This document shows, in pieces, positions 52,451 to 64,000 of a DNA stretch of 64,000 bases (within the stretch, counting starts at the first letter, position 1; each line of letters begins with the position of its first letter). The stretch spans positions 786,578 through 850,577 of the forward strand of contig RQSC01000032.1 in assembly GCA_013416795.1 (NCBI GenBank). The letters are read 5' to 3'. Source of the DNA: Prasinococcaceae sp. CCMP 1430 (lineage: Eukaryota > Plantae > Prasinodermophyta). A model generated the notes under the pieces. The model was not told the origin of the DNA and searched no databases. It was given only the letters and a program-made list of their open reading frames with translations. The position numbers were made by a program, and so were the translations under genes.

Positions 52451-54345
52451 CCCGGGGCCCAGTGGATGGTGTCGGGGCCCGCGAAGGGGCCGATCTGCGA
52501 GCGCGGCATTCCGCGCAGCTCCATGCGCAGCTCGTCGCTGGGCTCCTCGCCATCCATGAGCGTCACGTAGGCGTAGATGGCCTGGCCCTTCACGGGGTGC
52601 TCCACGCCCACGACCGCGGCCTCGGCGCACTTCGGGTGCAGCACGAGCGCGCTCTCCACCTCGGCGGTGCCAATGCGGTGGCCAGACACGTTGATGACGT
52701 CGTCCACACGGCCGGTGATCCACAGGTTGCCGTCGGCGTCGCGGCGCGCGCCATCGCCCGAGAAGTAGTAGCCCTTGCAGGGCGCGAAGTAGGTGGTCTC
52801 ATAGCGCTCGTGGTCGCCGTACACCGTGCGCATGGCCGAGGGCCACGAGCCCTTCATGCACAGCAGGCCCTCGGCCTCGCCCTCGACCTCGTTGCCCTTC
52901 TCGTCGATGAGCACCGGGTTGGCGCCGAAGAATGGCGAGCGCGCCGCGCCGGGCAGCTGCGGCCCAACGCCTGGCAGCGGCGTGAGCATGTGCCCGGCGG
53001 TCTCGGTCTGCCACCAGGTGTCCACGATCGGGCAGCGCTTGTCGCCGACGACCTCGTAGTACCAGCGCCACGCCTCGGGGTTGATGGGCTCGCCGACGGT
53101 GCCCAGCACGCGCAGGCTCTCGCGCTTGGAGCGCGTGACGAAGTCGTCGCCCATGCTCATGAGCGAGCGGATGGCCGTCGGCGCCGTGTAGAACGCGCTG
53201 ACGTTGTACTTGTCGATGACGTCCCAGCACCGGCCCGCGTCGGGGTAGCTGGGCACGCCCTCGAAGACCACCTGGCTGGCGCCGTTGAACATGGGGCCGT
53301 ACGCCAGGTACGAGTGGCCCGTGATCCAGCCGCAGTCGGCCGTGCACCAGAACACGCCCTCCTTCTGCTGCTGCTCGTTCCAGTCGAAGACGTATTTGAA
53401 GGTGGTGGCCGTGTACACCATGTAGCCGCCGGTGGTGTGCAGCACGCCCTTGGGCTTGCCCGTCGAGCCCGAGGTGTAGAGCAGGAACGAGGGGTGCTCC
53501 GAATCAACCCACTCCACCTCGCTCTCCTCGGGCTGCGCCGCGACGGCCTCCTGCCACCATGCGTCGCGCCCCTCCACGAAGCCCGCGTCGGCGCGCGCCA
53601 TCGCGCGCTCGTTGTCGTAGCACAGGCAGTGCCCCACGGGCTTGCCCTCCTTCTCGCAGATCTCCATGGCCGCGTCGGCGATGCTCTTGAGGCCGATGGA
53701 CTTGGGCCCGCGCTTGACCCCCGTGCAGGTGAGCAGCACGTTGGCCTCGGAGTCGATGATGCGGCTGGCGAGCGCCTCGGCGGAGAAGCCGCCGAAGACC
53801 ACGCTGTGAACAGCGCCGATGCGCGCGCACGCCAGCATGGCGATGGGCAGCTCGCAGATCATGGGCAGGTAGATCACCACGCGGTCGCCCTTCTTGACGC
53901 CCACCGAGCGCAGGTGGTTGGCCAGGCGGGACACGGCGACCTGCACCTCGGCGTAGGTGAACTTCATGTCCTCGTCCACGTCGTTGCCCTCCCAGAAGAA
54001 GGCCACCTTGTCGCCGTTGCCGGCCTCGACGTGGCGGTCGACGGCGTTGTAGCAGAGGTTGGTCTCACCGCCCTCGAACCACTTGATGTCGATGGGCCCC
54101 TTGGTGACGTCCATGTTGTTGTCCGGGCAGCACACCGACGCGGGCTTCTTGTGCCAGTAGAACTCGTCGGCGATGCGCCCCCAGAAGGCGTCCGGGTCGT
54201 CGATGGACTCGCGCCACATGGCCTCGTACTCCTCCTTCGATCCCACCAGCGCCGTCTCGGCGAACCCCTCGGGCATGGCCACGTAGTCGTGCGCCGCCGC
54301 CGCGACCTCGCTGCTCGTCGCCGCGCGCGCCGTGCACGCTTGCCT
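52309..54345 (-). CDS. ACS: Acetyl-CoA synthetase (acetate-CoA ligase); 5' end truncated
   Basis: WFEGGETNLCYNAVDRH, LYTSGSTGKPKG, WCTADCGWITGHSY, WWQTETAG, GRVDDVINVSGHRIGTAEVES, LPKTRSGKIMRRVLRK. Confidence 0.95.
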
Positions 54346-54350
54346 ACTTC

Positions 54351-54472
54351 GCAGGCCCCGTCTGGAAGCCCCACTGAATCCCCGACGACGACACCCACCA
54401 ACGTGCTGCCCCCAGGCGAGAGCTGCAACGGTGGCTGCGGCGTGCAGCGCCCTTCGGGCTGTTGGTGTGACG
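54351..54472 (+). other. Orphan fragment: P/T-rich linker plus Cys motif (somatomedin-B-like)
   Basis: PSGSPTESPTTTPTNVLPPGESCNGGCGVQRPSGCWCD, ending at N 54473; unrelated to ACS or MsrA. Confidence 0.3.
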
Positions 54473-54473
54473 N

Positions 54474-54882
54474 AGGCGTCACCGGCCACGCCGAGGCGGT
54501 ACAGGTCGTGTACGACCCGGCCGAGTGCACTTACGAGGACCTGCTGGACGCGTTCTTCCACAACATCGACCCCACGACGAAAGACAGACAGTTCGTGGAC
54601 GCTGGCACGCAATATCGCTCCGCAATTTTCTACCAGGGCGATGGCCAGAGGGACGCCGCGCTCGCCGCTATCTCCAAGCTCGACGCCGCTGGCGTGTTCG
54701 GCGCTCCTATCGTCACTGAAGTCGTTGCGGCCACGCCGTTCTATGCTGCAGAAAACTATCACCAAAATTACTACGTGACGCACAAGCAGCGCTACGGCGT
54801 GTACCGTTCGCTCTCTGGCCGCGACGAGTACATCCAGCAGACATGGGGCGTCGACTATTGGCAGAAGCATCACCACGACTAG
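54474..54882 (+). CDS. msrA: Peptide methionine sulfoxide reductase A, 3' half only (catalytic GCFW region lost at the N join)
   Basis: GVTGHAEAVQVVYDP, FFHNIDPTTKDRQFVDAGTQYRSAIF, FYAAENYHQNYY. Confidence 0.9.
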
Positions 54883-54910
54883 AGAGAGGTTTTCTTGCGT
54901 GCGTGGTGTA

Positions 54911-56171
54911 ATGTACAGGTCGCTCTCTCATCTGGGCCTGACCAGAGCCGCCATGAAGTGGCCCTGGCCTCCAGTGACCAGCCAAGCGCGCGCGCTCGCG
55001 TCGGCGGCCGCGGCCGCCGTGCCGCGGCTGACGTACTACTCGGCGTGGTTCTGCCCGTACGCGCACCGCGCGACCATCGCGCTGTCGTACCACGAGCGGA
55101 GCGTGAAGAGCGACTGGGTGGAGTCACTTGGCTGGGAGCGGAGGCCGACCGAGGACGCAAACACGCGTGCGCAGGGCGGCGAGCCGGCGCATGAGAACTG
55201 GTACCACTGGAAGAGCCCGGGTGAGCCCTCACCCTTCCCCTCCCCACCCCTCCCGCCCCGCGCGCGTGCGCGAGCCGCCGCCGCCGCCGTCAGCGCTCGC
55301 GCCTGCATCCGCAAAACGAAGCGCAGGCTCGCAACGCTGACACGCGGGCCCGCACGCGCACGCGACCCGCGGCATTCGCCACGCAGATTTGCTCAAGGCC
55401 AATCCGGAGGGCCTCATTCCCACGCTCGTCGACGAGAAGGGACGCGCCGTGCACGAGAGCCTGGTGACCATCGAATATGTCGACGAGCTCGCCGCGCGTA
55501 GCGGCGACCCCGCAGAGCGCGCGACGCCGCTGCTTCCGACCGACCCGGCCGAGCGCGCGCGCTGCCGGCTGGCAATGGACTGGGTCAACAGAAAGCTCTG
55601 CTCGCCGTACTACACAATGCTGGTGCGCACGGACCCGGGCGAGCGGCGCGCGGCCTTTGACACGCTCCTCGAGGACATCGCGACCTTCAGTCGGGACCGC
55701 CAAGGCACTTTCTACTGCGGAGACACCCTCTCCGCCCCAGACGTTGCGTTCCTCCCGTGGGCGTCGCGCTTTTACATCCTGGAGCACTACCGCAACTTCG
55801 TCATCCCCGACGAAGGCGACCTCAAGGGCTACCACGAGTGGCTGCGCGCCGCGCTCGCGCTGCCCGAGGTCGCTCGCACAATGCCTGATCGCGCGCGCTA
55901 TCTCGAGCACATCGGTCGCTACGCCGACGCGTCGGCGAGGTCCAAGGTGAGCCCCGACGCGCTCGCGCCCAGTTGCCCTCCGTGCTCGAGTACGAGCGCG
56001 AATTGGCGAGCTGTCTGCCGACTCGATCGCGGGACTGACACACGCGCCTGCGCATTTCCCCCCCGCCCTCCCTTTCCGCGTGCCTCCCGCTGGCCCCCTC
56101 GCCGCGCCCGCCAGGTGGCCAATGCCGTGCGCTCCGGCCGTGCGGCGCACGACCTGCAGCGCGACGACTGA
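54911..56171 (+). CDS. Glutathione S-transferase, omega-like, 3 exons (start 54911 or 54953)
   Basis: YYSAWFCPYAHR, NPEGLIPTL, VHESLVTIEYVDE, LLPTDPAERAR, DTLSAPDVAFLPW. Confidence 0.88.
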
Positions 56172-56407
56172 AGCTCGATGCGGAGGAGCGCGCCGCTCGA
56201 GCCGTGCGCGCCTAGGGACGTGTGCCGGCTCCAGCCCAGGCGCGAGGCCGCGCATAACGCTTCTAAATAATTTGGAGTAACTGTGTCAAACGCGGCAGCA
56301 GTGGCAGCGCCCTGCGCCCCGCCCGCAGTCGCCCCTGCCACAGTGCGCCCGCGGCGCGCTGCCGCAGCGCGCGGTTGGCCCGCGGCAAGCGGCGCTCGCG
56401 CGACGAT

Positions 56408-57965
56408 GGCCGGCGGCGACAACGCGCGCAACGGGCAGGCGAGGGCGCACGAGTACGCGCGTGCAGCCGCGGCCGACGCGGCCGCGGCCGCGGAGGCTGC
56501 GGCGCTGGCGCTGGAGGGGCTCACTGGCGTGCACTCATCGACCGCTGCGCAGCCAGTTGCGTGCAAGCCCGCGCCGGCGGGCAGCGGCAGCGACGCGAAG
56601 GTGAGCGCAGCTTGTCGCTACACGATGCGCCCGCGCTCGCGCGGGCGCCTTCAGCCCGGGCCGCCCACTGACGGTAGCTCACGCGCTCGTGCCTACCTTG
56701 CCTCTGTCCTGCGCGCGGCTGCGGCCATCTGCCCTGTCCGGCCCGAGCGCAGTGGGACCGGTCGTCCGAGGGCAATCCGGAGCTCAAGGCCATTCTCGAG
56801 CGCGTCGCCATCAACGGCGAGGTCATGGCGGCCGTCTCAAACAAGGCCCTCATCACGGAGGATGGGAAGTACGGCATGCTCGAAACGTTTGTCACCAACG
56901 TGAAGCGAGCGGGCGTCACCAACTTCGTCCTGATCGCGCTGGACGATCACACGCACAACGCCATGAAGGCGATAGGTGTCGAGTCGTGGCGCGCGCACAC
57001 TGAGACGCTGCTCAAGGTGCGCACGCGCACCGCTGGGCGCGCCGTGATCCCCTTACCCCGCCTTCCTCTCTGCGCGTGCTTGGCCGCTGACGTTGCCGTC
57101 CCGCTGACCCCACGCACGCTGCGGTGCGCCCCCGCCCGCGACCTGCCCCGCGCAGGATCGCGAGGCCTCCAATCACGGCATCTCGGGCCTCAAGTTTCAA
57201 TTCATCCGACAGTTCCTGCTGCTCGGGTACAGCGTGCTTCTCTCAGACGTGGACATCGTCACTCTGCAAAATCCCTTCCAGTTCTTGCACCGCGACACCG
57301 ACGTTGAGGCGCTCAGCGACGGCTTCGACGACCGCACGGCCTACGGCTGGAACGACGGCATCGATGACCCCTCCATGGGATGGGCGAGATACGTGGCCAC
57401 CATGCGCATCTACGTCATGAACTCGGGACTGGTGCGTGCGCCTCTCGCCGCTTCGCCCTGCGCGCGCGTGGCGCGTGCACACGCGGCTGCCGCTTCGCAT
57501 GGAGTGCACGCGCGGGCGGCGCCCGCCTGGTCGCGCCTGGCGTGCACCCCTGTGCGCTGACGCGCCTGTCCACGCGACCTGCCCCGCCAGTTCTACGTGC
57601 GCCCGAGCGAGCGCACGGTGCACCTCATGGACCGCTGCACGGAGCAGCTCGCAACCAAGGGCGGCTGGGATCAGGTGGTGTTCAACGAGATGATCTTCTA
57701 CCCGTCGCATGGTAAGTTCCAGGGCACGCACATCTCGACGCGCATCATGGACATCCACGACTTTGTCAACTCGAAGACGCTCTTCAAGTACATGCGCAAG
57801 GACCAGCGCTGGAGGAATCACAAGCCGGTCATGGTCCACGTCAACTATCACCCAGACAAGTGGGATCGCATGAAGGCGATCGTCAAGCGCTACGTCGACG
57901 GCGACACGACCGCGCTCAACAAGTTCCCCAACGGGTCATGTCCCAACGACGCGCCCAAGTGCTAA
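56408..57965 (+). CDS. GT77 nucleotide-diphospho-sugar transferase, RRA-like arabinosyltransferase, 4+ exons (start uncertain)
   Basis: LVIALD-like [61 protein letters not shown]|[23 protein letters not shown]. Confidence 0.9.
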
Positions 57966-58109
57966 TCACAAGGGGCCTGCCCAATGCGACCCCACTGCCA
58001 CGAACCCCTTTCTTCCCCATACCGCGCGTGAGGCAGGGCCCGCCCACGTGCATCATTAATGTGACATCTTAGTGTACAACCCACTGGGGGCAGCGGTCGC
58101 GATGGCGGT

Positions 58110-58971
58110 CTACGCGGCCGCCTTCGCCGCGCTGGCCGCGTAGTTGGGCAGCTCGACGTCCGTGCGATCCTCGATGACCTGGATGCACTCGCTGACGCTC
58201 GCGCCGCGGTCCATCGCAAGAGCGAGCTCCTTGTGGACATCTTTGAACTCGCGCAGCAGCAGCACCGTCGCGAGCACCGCCCAGCGCACCTGCTTCGTAG
58301 CCTTCGACTGGTCGAAGCCGAGCGCCCTGAGCAGCCCGTCGAGCTGCGCGACGTCCGCGCTGCCGCCCTCCGCGCGCCCGAACGTCATCACCTCCGCCGC
58401 GATGCCCGCGAGCGCCACGCACGCGTACCTGTCGAGGTCGCTCGACTGCAGCTTTCCCTTGCTCACGGAGCGCTGGAAGTCGCCGTCGCAGAACAGGCAG
58501 CCCGCCTGCACGCGCAGCGCCCCGTACGTGCGCAGCGCGTCCCAACCGCTCAGCGTGTAGCCCCTCGGGAGGATGCCCACCAGGTACGCCACGAGGAAGT
58601 GGCCAGCCTCGTGCGCCGCGACGCGCTCGCGATAGCCACTCGCCGTGTAGCGCGCCAGCGAGTCGAGCACGAGCGCGCCGCCCGCCCCGCCGTAGGCCAC
58701 CGTGTCGACGCCCAGCGCGAACAGGAAGGCGGAGCCGTCCACCGCAACCTGCTCGGGGGACAGGCCGAGCGCGACGGTCGCGCCCAGCGAGGCGGCCGCC
58801 AGCGAGTAGCCGATCGTGCGCTGCAGGCGCTCCAGAGTTTCATCGTTGGGTGCCAAGAAGCGCTGCGGATCCACCTTGTTCAGCTTGAGCTCCTCGTACG
58901 AGTACGCGCGCTTGGGCGCGAGCGCGCCGCCGCCGAAGCGCGGCAGCGCGCCTGCCGCGGCGGCTTCGCGC
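58110..58971 (-). CDS. Plastid FtsH-related peptidase M41-like protein without an ATPase domain (VIR3/At5g27290-like); 5' end at an N join
   Basis: RVAAHEAGHFLVAYLVG (HExxH), VALAGIAAE..FGRAEGG..D, QVRWAV, ECIQVIE. Confidence 0.85.
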
Positions 58972-60239
58972 NCTCAGCCAGGCGCCCCCGGCGCGCAGAC
59001 TGGCACCGGGTGCGCCGCGCGGCGCGCTCGGCACTGCGCGCGACGTGGGCCGCTCGCGCGCGCGGACGCCCCTCGGCCCCCCTCCCGCTCCAAAATCCAT
59101 ATCGTTTCCAGGGAAGATCGCGCTGGCGGCCCGCCGCGCGCGCGCCTGCGCTGCGAATTGCGGATCAATCTCATGGCGAGCGCCGGCCGGCGGAAGCGGA
59201 AGCACCCGCGTCCGACATCCCTCCTCCGCCCACCTTCATCATCATCATCCAGCCAGAGCAGACTGACAATCTGCCAATCGAATCCTGGGATCGCCGGCCG
59301 CGCGCGCCCGCGCGCGCCCGCGCGCGCGCGGCTTCTTTCCAATCCGCGCGTGGGCGCGCGCGCCGCGCGCGCGACGAGGTCACACACGCACGCGCACACA
59401 TACAAATCAAATCTGCCCCGGCTGCCGCTGCCGCTCGAAAAAAAAATCCGATGCGGATCGATCGACCGACGCACGCCGCAGGCAGCGATTGTATTTTTAT
59501 TTTTATTTATTTTATTTTATTTTTCATAATGATTTTGAACTTTCGTCGCCGACCAACAGCGCCGGCCCGACCCCGTGCTAAAAAGCTCTTTCCTGGTACG
59601 CCATCATCCTGAGTGGGCGATGTCAACAGCGTTTTTTTTTTGAATAAGTCTTCCTCTTCCCGTTTTTTAAAGGGGGGGAGGAGGAAGCTGGGGGTGCGGT
59701 GAGGCTGATCGGGATGGTTTTTGATGGCGTTTGAGGAAAAAGCGCGCCGCAGAAAAAAAAAGTATCTCGCCCGCGCTGCGCTGGCGACGACGGGCCTGCG
59801 CCACACGGCGCGAGGCGCGCGTTGGGGTGGGGCGGGCGAAAAAAAAAAAAAAAAAACGACGGAACCGCATCCGAAATGCGCCCGCTCCGCGCGTCCGCGC
59901 TCCGCAGCGGCGCGCGCACGACACCCCTCGGCGCCTGGTACCTCACCGACGAGCTCGTCTGAATCTGCGAGCCAGTCGGTGGCGTCGCTCACCGAAGCGC
60001 CCTCCTCGTCCTCCTCCTCCGCCGACTCGGTCCCGTCGAGGTCGAGGACGGCCGCGCTGTCCTCGGGCGCGTGCGACAGCCCTCGGCGCCCGCGACGCGC
60101 GCGCGCGCTCCCGCCGGGCGACGCCGGCGGCGCTCCGGCGAAACGCGCATCCGCGGTTTCGGTCTCGGGGGAAAAACGAAAACGCAGGGGAGGATGGCGA
60201 GATCCCGCACGCCCAATAGCGGATCCGGATAAGACCCCG

Positions 60240-60940
60240 TGTGCGCAATGCGCGCGCGCGCGCGTGTGTGTGTGCCTGTGTGTGTGCCTGTGTGTGTGTG
60301 TTCGTGCCTGTGTGTGTGTGCGCATGCGTGTCTGTGTGTGCGTGTGTGTACGTGTGTGTGCCTGTGTGTGTGCGTGTGCGTGTGTGTGCGCATGCGTGTC
60401 TGTGTGTGTGTGTGTGCCCGTGTGTGTGTGTGTTTGTGCCTGTCTGTAGTGCCTGTGTGTGAGCCCGCGTGTGTGTGTGGGCCCGTGTGTGTGTGTGGGC
60501 CCGTGTGTGTGTCCGTGTGTGTGCCGGTGTGTGTGCCCGTATGTGTTTTTGTGTGTGTTTTTGTGTGTGTTTTTGTGTGTGTGTGCGTGCGTGCGTGTGT
60601 TTTCGTGAGGAGTTCGACCTGGCGTTGGGCGGCCAGCGCAAGGGTGAAAAAACGGCCGTTGGGGGCACCAAGACGCGAGGCTAAATTGAAATCCGTGTTT
60701 TTTTGTTGGGGGTTCGAATGTGATAGCAAATGTGCGGAATGAGGCGACCCGGGGGCGCTGCCGCACTCGTAGAGCGCGCGCACGCACACGCACGCGCGCA
60801 CGCTCGCACACACTCTGCAAGAGCGCGCGCACGCACGCGCACGCGCACGCTCGCACACACTCTGCACGTGCACGCCTGCGCGCGCGCGTCCGCAACCCCC
60901 ACGCGAGCGAGCGAGCGAGCGAGCGAGCGCGCGCGAGCGA
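60240..60940. repeat. Long compound (GT)n, (CA)n, (GCGA)n microsatellite zone
   Basis: Directly visible; it generates the spurious HTHT/CVCV ORFs. Confidence 0.92.
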
Positions 60941-61411
60941 GCGCTGCTCCTGCAGCGGGCCTCTGCCGGCGCGCGCGACGTGTGCGCGCGGTGGCCACAC
61001 GCTTCGGATGACGATGATTTCCCTCTGGTCGCTGCAAATCAGATCGCCCGTGGGTACGTACAAACCGTTTCGCAGTGCTGTGTCGGGGAGGGTGCACGCC
61101 CCTGTCATGTGACCGGGCTGAGATTTAGTCGCCCGTGCCTAATTTACACACGTTTCGAAATTTACTGTAATGCGTCGGGTTCGCTGGGTTCAGGTTCGTC
61201 GCTCGGCGCCGCGCGTTGGCGGCGTCCTGTGGGTGCGGAGTGATATGCAAAGGGTTTAGAAAAAACCTCAACTGCTCGCGTGGCCCTTCGGCCGCGCCGC
61301 GCACCTGGTCGAAGGGGTCCCCGTCGTGGTGGACGCCGCGGATGCGGGGCTGGCGTCGCCCGCCTGCCCAGGCTCCGTGGCGACGGAGCCGCCCACGGCG
61401 GCAAGGCCGCG

Positions 61412-61850
61412 TCACGTGCAGATCGGCAGCGGGTCGGGGATCGTCGTCTGCGGCACGGGGTCGTTGGCGTAGTCGTTGCCACTGCCGCACGCGTTGACGT
61501 TGTCGCCGGCGGCGTAGACGGCCGTGGCGTCCGGCGTGGCAGCGGTGTTGCCGTCGAACGACGAGCCCAGCACCTGGATCGACGAAGCCTCCTGTAAAAA
61601 AAGCTGGTTGACCAAGGCCACCGCGCCGAATGGGCCGCCGGCGGCGTTGCTCGTGAAGGTGGAGTCGCTGATGTTGACAGTCAGGTTGCCGCCGGCCATC
61701 GCAATGGCAGACCCCGAGCCGCCGGGCGAGGTGTTGTTCGTGAAGGAGCAGGAGCGCACCTGCTGGCCAACGCCTTGGGTGCCAGTGGAGGTGAAGAGGA
61801 GCGCCCCGCCGCCGAACACCAGTGGGGCGGTGTTGTTAAAGAAGCTCGAT
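61412..61850 (-). CDS. C-terminal fragment of a Pmp-like / right-handed beta-helix repeat protein
   Basis: Repeated FxxN...GGA units: FFNNTA..GGGAL, FTNNTSPGGSGSAI, FTSNAAGGPFGAV, FDGNTA. Confidence 0.65.
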
Positions 61851-63099
61851 CCTCATTCATTTTGATGTAGGGGAGTTCCCCGTGTGAGATATTTTTAGAA
61901 GGGCGGTAGGCTTGTGTGCCAGAGCATGTGCAGCGTGTGCCCCCCGCGCCCTAAAGCGACGGGATAGTGCGCGGGGAGCTAGGGGGAGGACTGTAAGAGG
62001 GCACGGAGGGCGGGGCTGACGCCCCTCGCCCCTAAGGAGAAGCGGCGGTATCTCGCGCGCGAGGTCCCTGCGTACGATGCGGAACAGGCTCGGCCCATGA
62101 CCGGCCAAGACCTGTTCGGCTAGCCGAGCGAGTGGCAGCCCGGGAACGAGCCTCCGAAGGCGGCGTCCGACCTTGCAGACATTGCGTTAGCCCATGCGGT
62201 GGCGGAAGCACGCTACGGTACGGTCAAACTACTCGAAAAAGCGTCCAAAACTAGAAAAATGGCCACCGCGAGGAGCCTTTTCCCGCGGGCTCACGCCGCC
62301 GCGGCCCCCCAATGCGTTTCGACCTCGCCCCGCCCCAATACCCCAGCCGACGATCCGCGCGGCGCCCCGTCCCGCCGCTCCCGCGCGCGCGCGACGCACA
62401 CGTGTGGCGCGGCCGGCCCCTCTCACCCCCTCAGCACTTCCCACCCCTTCCCCCTCCCACCCCCTCCTGCCAGCGCACGCCAGCGCAGGCCAGCGCAGCC
62501 GCCGCCGTCGCCCCCCCCCCGGATCGCGCACGCACGCACGGTCACACCCCCGCCAATTGCGCCGGCCCGCGCGCGCGCGCACCTGGGAATTCGCCTCCGC
62601 ATCCGCCGACGAAACCTCAACCCCGCACCCCCAAACCCACCTCAAAACGAACTCACAGAGGAGAACATACAAACCCTATCAGAGTAATACCCTAAATATC
62701 GCGCGTTGGGTGCCTCCACGCAGAGCTCCGGATGCGCCGACGGCACTCCCATGTGACATGTGGCCGTCGTCGCGTCGCGCGAGATCGAAAGCCGCCGCGC
62801 GGGCGCGCGCGCGGCGAAAGGGGGACGGCGGCGCCGCGCCCCGGGTGAGAGGGGCGGGTCCTCCGGGTCCACGCGAGTGGGTACACCCGGTCGAACGAGC
62901 GAGTCCGGCGGGGGAGCCGTCGGAACGACCCCGAGCTGGGAGACGCGCAGGGGCGACGGTGAGGGGTCGCGATGCTGAGGTCTGCGTCGATCGATCGTGG
63001 CCACGGGTGGGAATCGCAAAATTAACCCTTTTATAAAATAACCTGAAATGGGCCTGTCCAGAGGACTCCGGGCCAACCCCTAACCCCGAGGTGCCGGAT

Positions 63100-63584
63100 G
63101 CTGGCGGCTGGGGCGGTCGCCGATAAGGCGGGCGGCGGCGCAGCGCGTGGGCGGCACAGCGCGCGGCGTCGGCGGGCGCGGCCGTCGCCGCGGTCGCCGC
63201 GGGGGCGACGAAGCGGAGGATGTCGTTGAGCACGAAGAATCCACCGGCCTGCGTCGCCAGGAAGAAGGTCTGGACGAAGGTGCGCGCGGCGCTGAACTTG
63301 TCGGTCATGGTACCGGTGATCACGATGATCACGCCTCCGCCGTGCGAGTACTGCGAGTCGGCCGACGTGACCTCCATGGTGTAGTCCTCATAGTCGAGCG
63401 CCATCGTCTTGTTGTGGATGTCCTGCTGGCCGAACACCGTTTCGATCTCGCCGGTCGCGTCCGGGTGCGAGAACGTACTCAGCTCGGTGTAGAACCGGTG
63501 CAGATGCTTGGTCGCGTTGTTGAAAATCTGAGTGTACTGCTGCACGAAGCTGTGGCCGACGCTCGCATGCGCATCGCGGTTAGC
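63100..63584 (-). CDS. NTF2-like domain of a G3BP/Nxt3-type protein; rest of the gene not recognisable
   Basis: SVGHSFVQQYTQIF...LHRFY, GQQDIH, ADSQYSHGGGVIIVITG, FVQTFFLA.Q..GFFVLNDILRF. Confidence 0.85.
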
Positions 63585-64000
63585 CTGCGGTGGGGGCTGC
63601 GTGCAGGTGTTTCCAGCGCAAGCGTGGGAGGACGCGTGTGAGCGCGTGCGAGGGTGAGCGATGTGGGGGGGTGGAATGCGTCCGGGTCAGCGGGGTTCGC
63701 AAGCACGTCAGCCCCAATGCGCCCGGTCTCGGTACCCTGGAACCCCGCGGGGTTCAATTGCCGAGGCGGCGGCGGCGGTGGCGGCGGCGGCGGCGGCGGC
63801 CAATCCCAGCGGCGCTCGGCACAGAAGCGCGGGCGGGCACGTAACGCGTCGCGTCGCGTCGCGCCGCGGGTCCCTCGGGCCGTGGGACGGGAGGCCCCAA
63901 CGGCCGAGACCCGGCGAGCTCAGCTCCGCTTTCCCGCGCTCGCCTGCCTGGCCCGCAGGCGCCCCGCAGGGGGGTGCGCCGGGCCCGCGCCCCCCCCTGC

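Noticed and set aside
50045-56171. DLD-ACS-MsrA-GST as a methylglyoxal/acetate metabolic gene cluster
   Set aside because: No glyoxalase is present, the block contains chimeric joins, and neighbouring housekeeping genes in compact algal genomes are usually unrelated.
59525-59615. Possible C/D box snoRNA (ATGATT...CTGA)
   Set aside because: Box C is imperfect, there is no terminal stem, and I see no rRNA complementarity.
59507-61108. HTHT/CVCV-rich ORFs at 49725-51235 and 59507-61108
   Set aside because: Translations of (CA)/(GT) microsatellites.
228-63844. Many long antisense or alternate-frame ORFs, e.g. 42937..45297-, 27689..29122-, 16054..17832-, 52462..54340+
   Set aside because: Shadow ORFs of real genes in high-GC DNA; no family motifs.
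1-64000. Introner-like repeated introns, rRNA or tRNA genes
   Set aside because: Introns share only donor and branch-point consensus, not body sequence; no cloverleaf or rRNA-like segment was recognised by eye.

Overview
High-GC eukaryotic nuclear DNA, most likely from an early-diverging green alga. This is inferred from plastid-type genes (ABC1K6-like kinase, M41-like protein, OPR protein, CBM20/CBM48 protein), short GT-AG introns with GTGCG-type donors and CTGAC branch points, and TGTAA poly(A) signals after many stops. About 27 gene models or fragments are densely packed. No rRNA, tRNA or CRISPR array was recognised. The assembly looks patchy: single-N joins at 34009, 41466, 54473 and 58972, at least two of which join unrelated gene fragments, so chimeric-looking features need read-level checks. 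Main observations: (1) a Ki-67-like mitotic chromatin protein (Ki-67-type FHA + KRVSF PP1-docking motif + about 50 TPK pentapeptide repeats + coiled coil + PHD finger); (2) a DsbA/FrnE-family selenoprotein missed by the ORF track, with an in-frame TGA at the redox site and a well-formed form II SECIS in its 3' UTR, apparently overlapping head-to-head with the Ki-67-like gene; (3) about 530 nt of bacterial-looking coding sequence fused in frame to the ABC1 kinase; (4) a possible bicistronic MsrA-GST pair; (5) an OPR/RAP protein with prion-like ends and no obvious transit peptide. All family assignments come from motif recognition by eye; no database searches were run.
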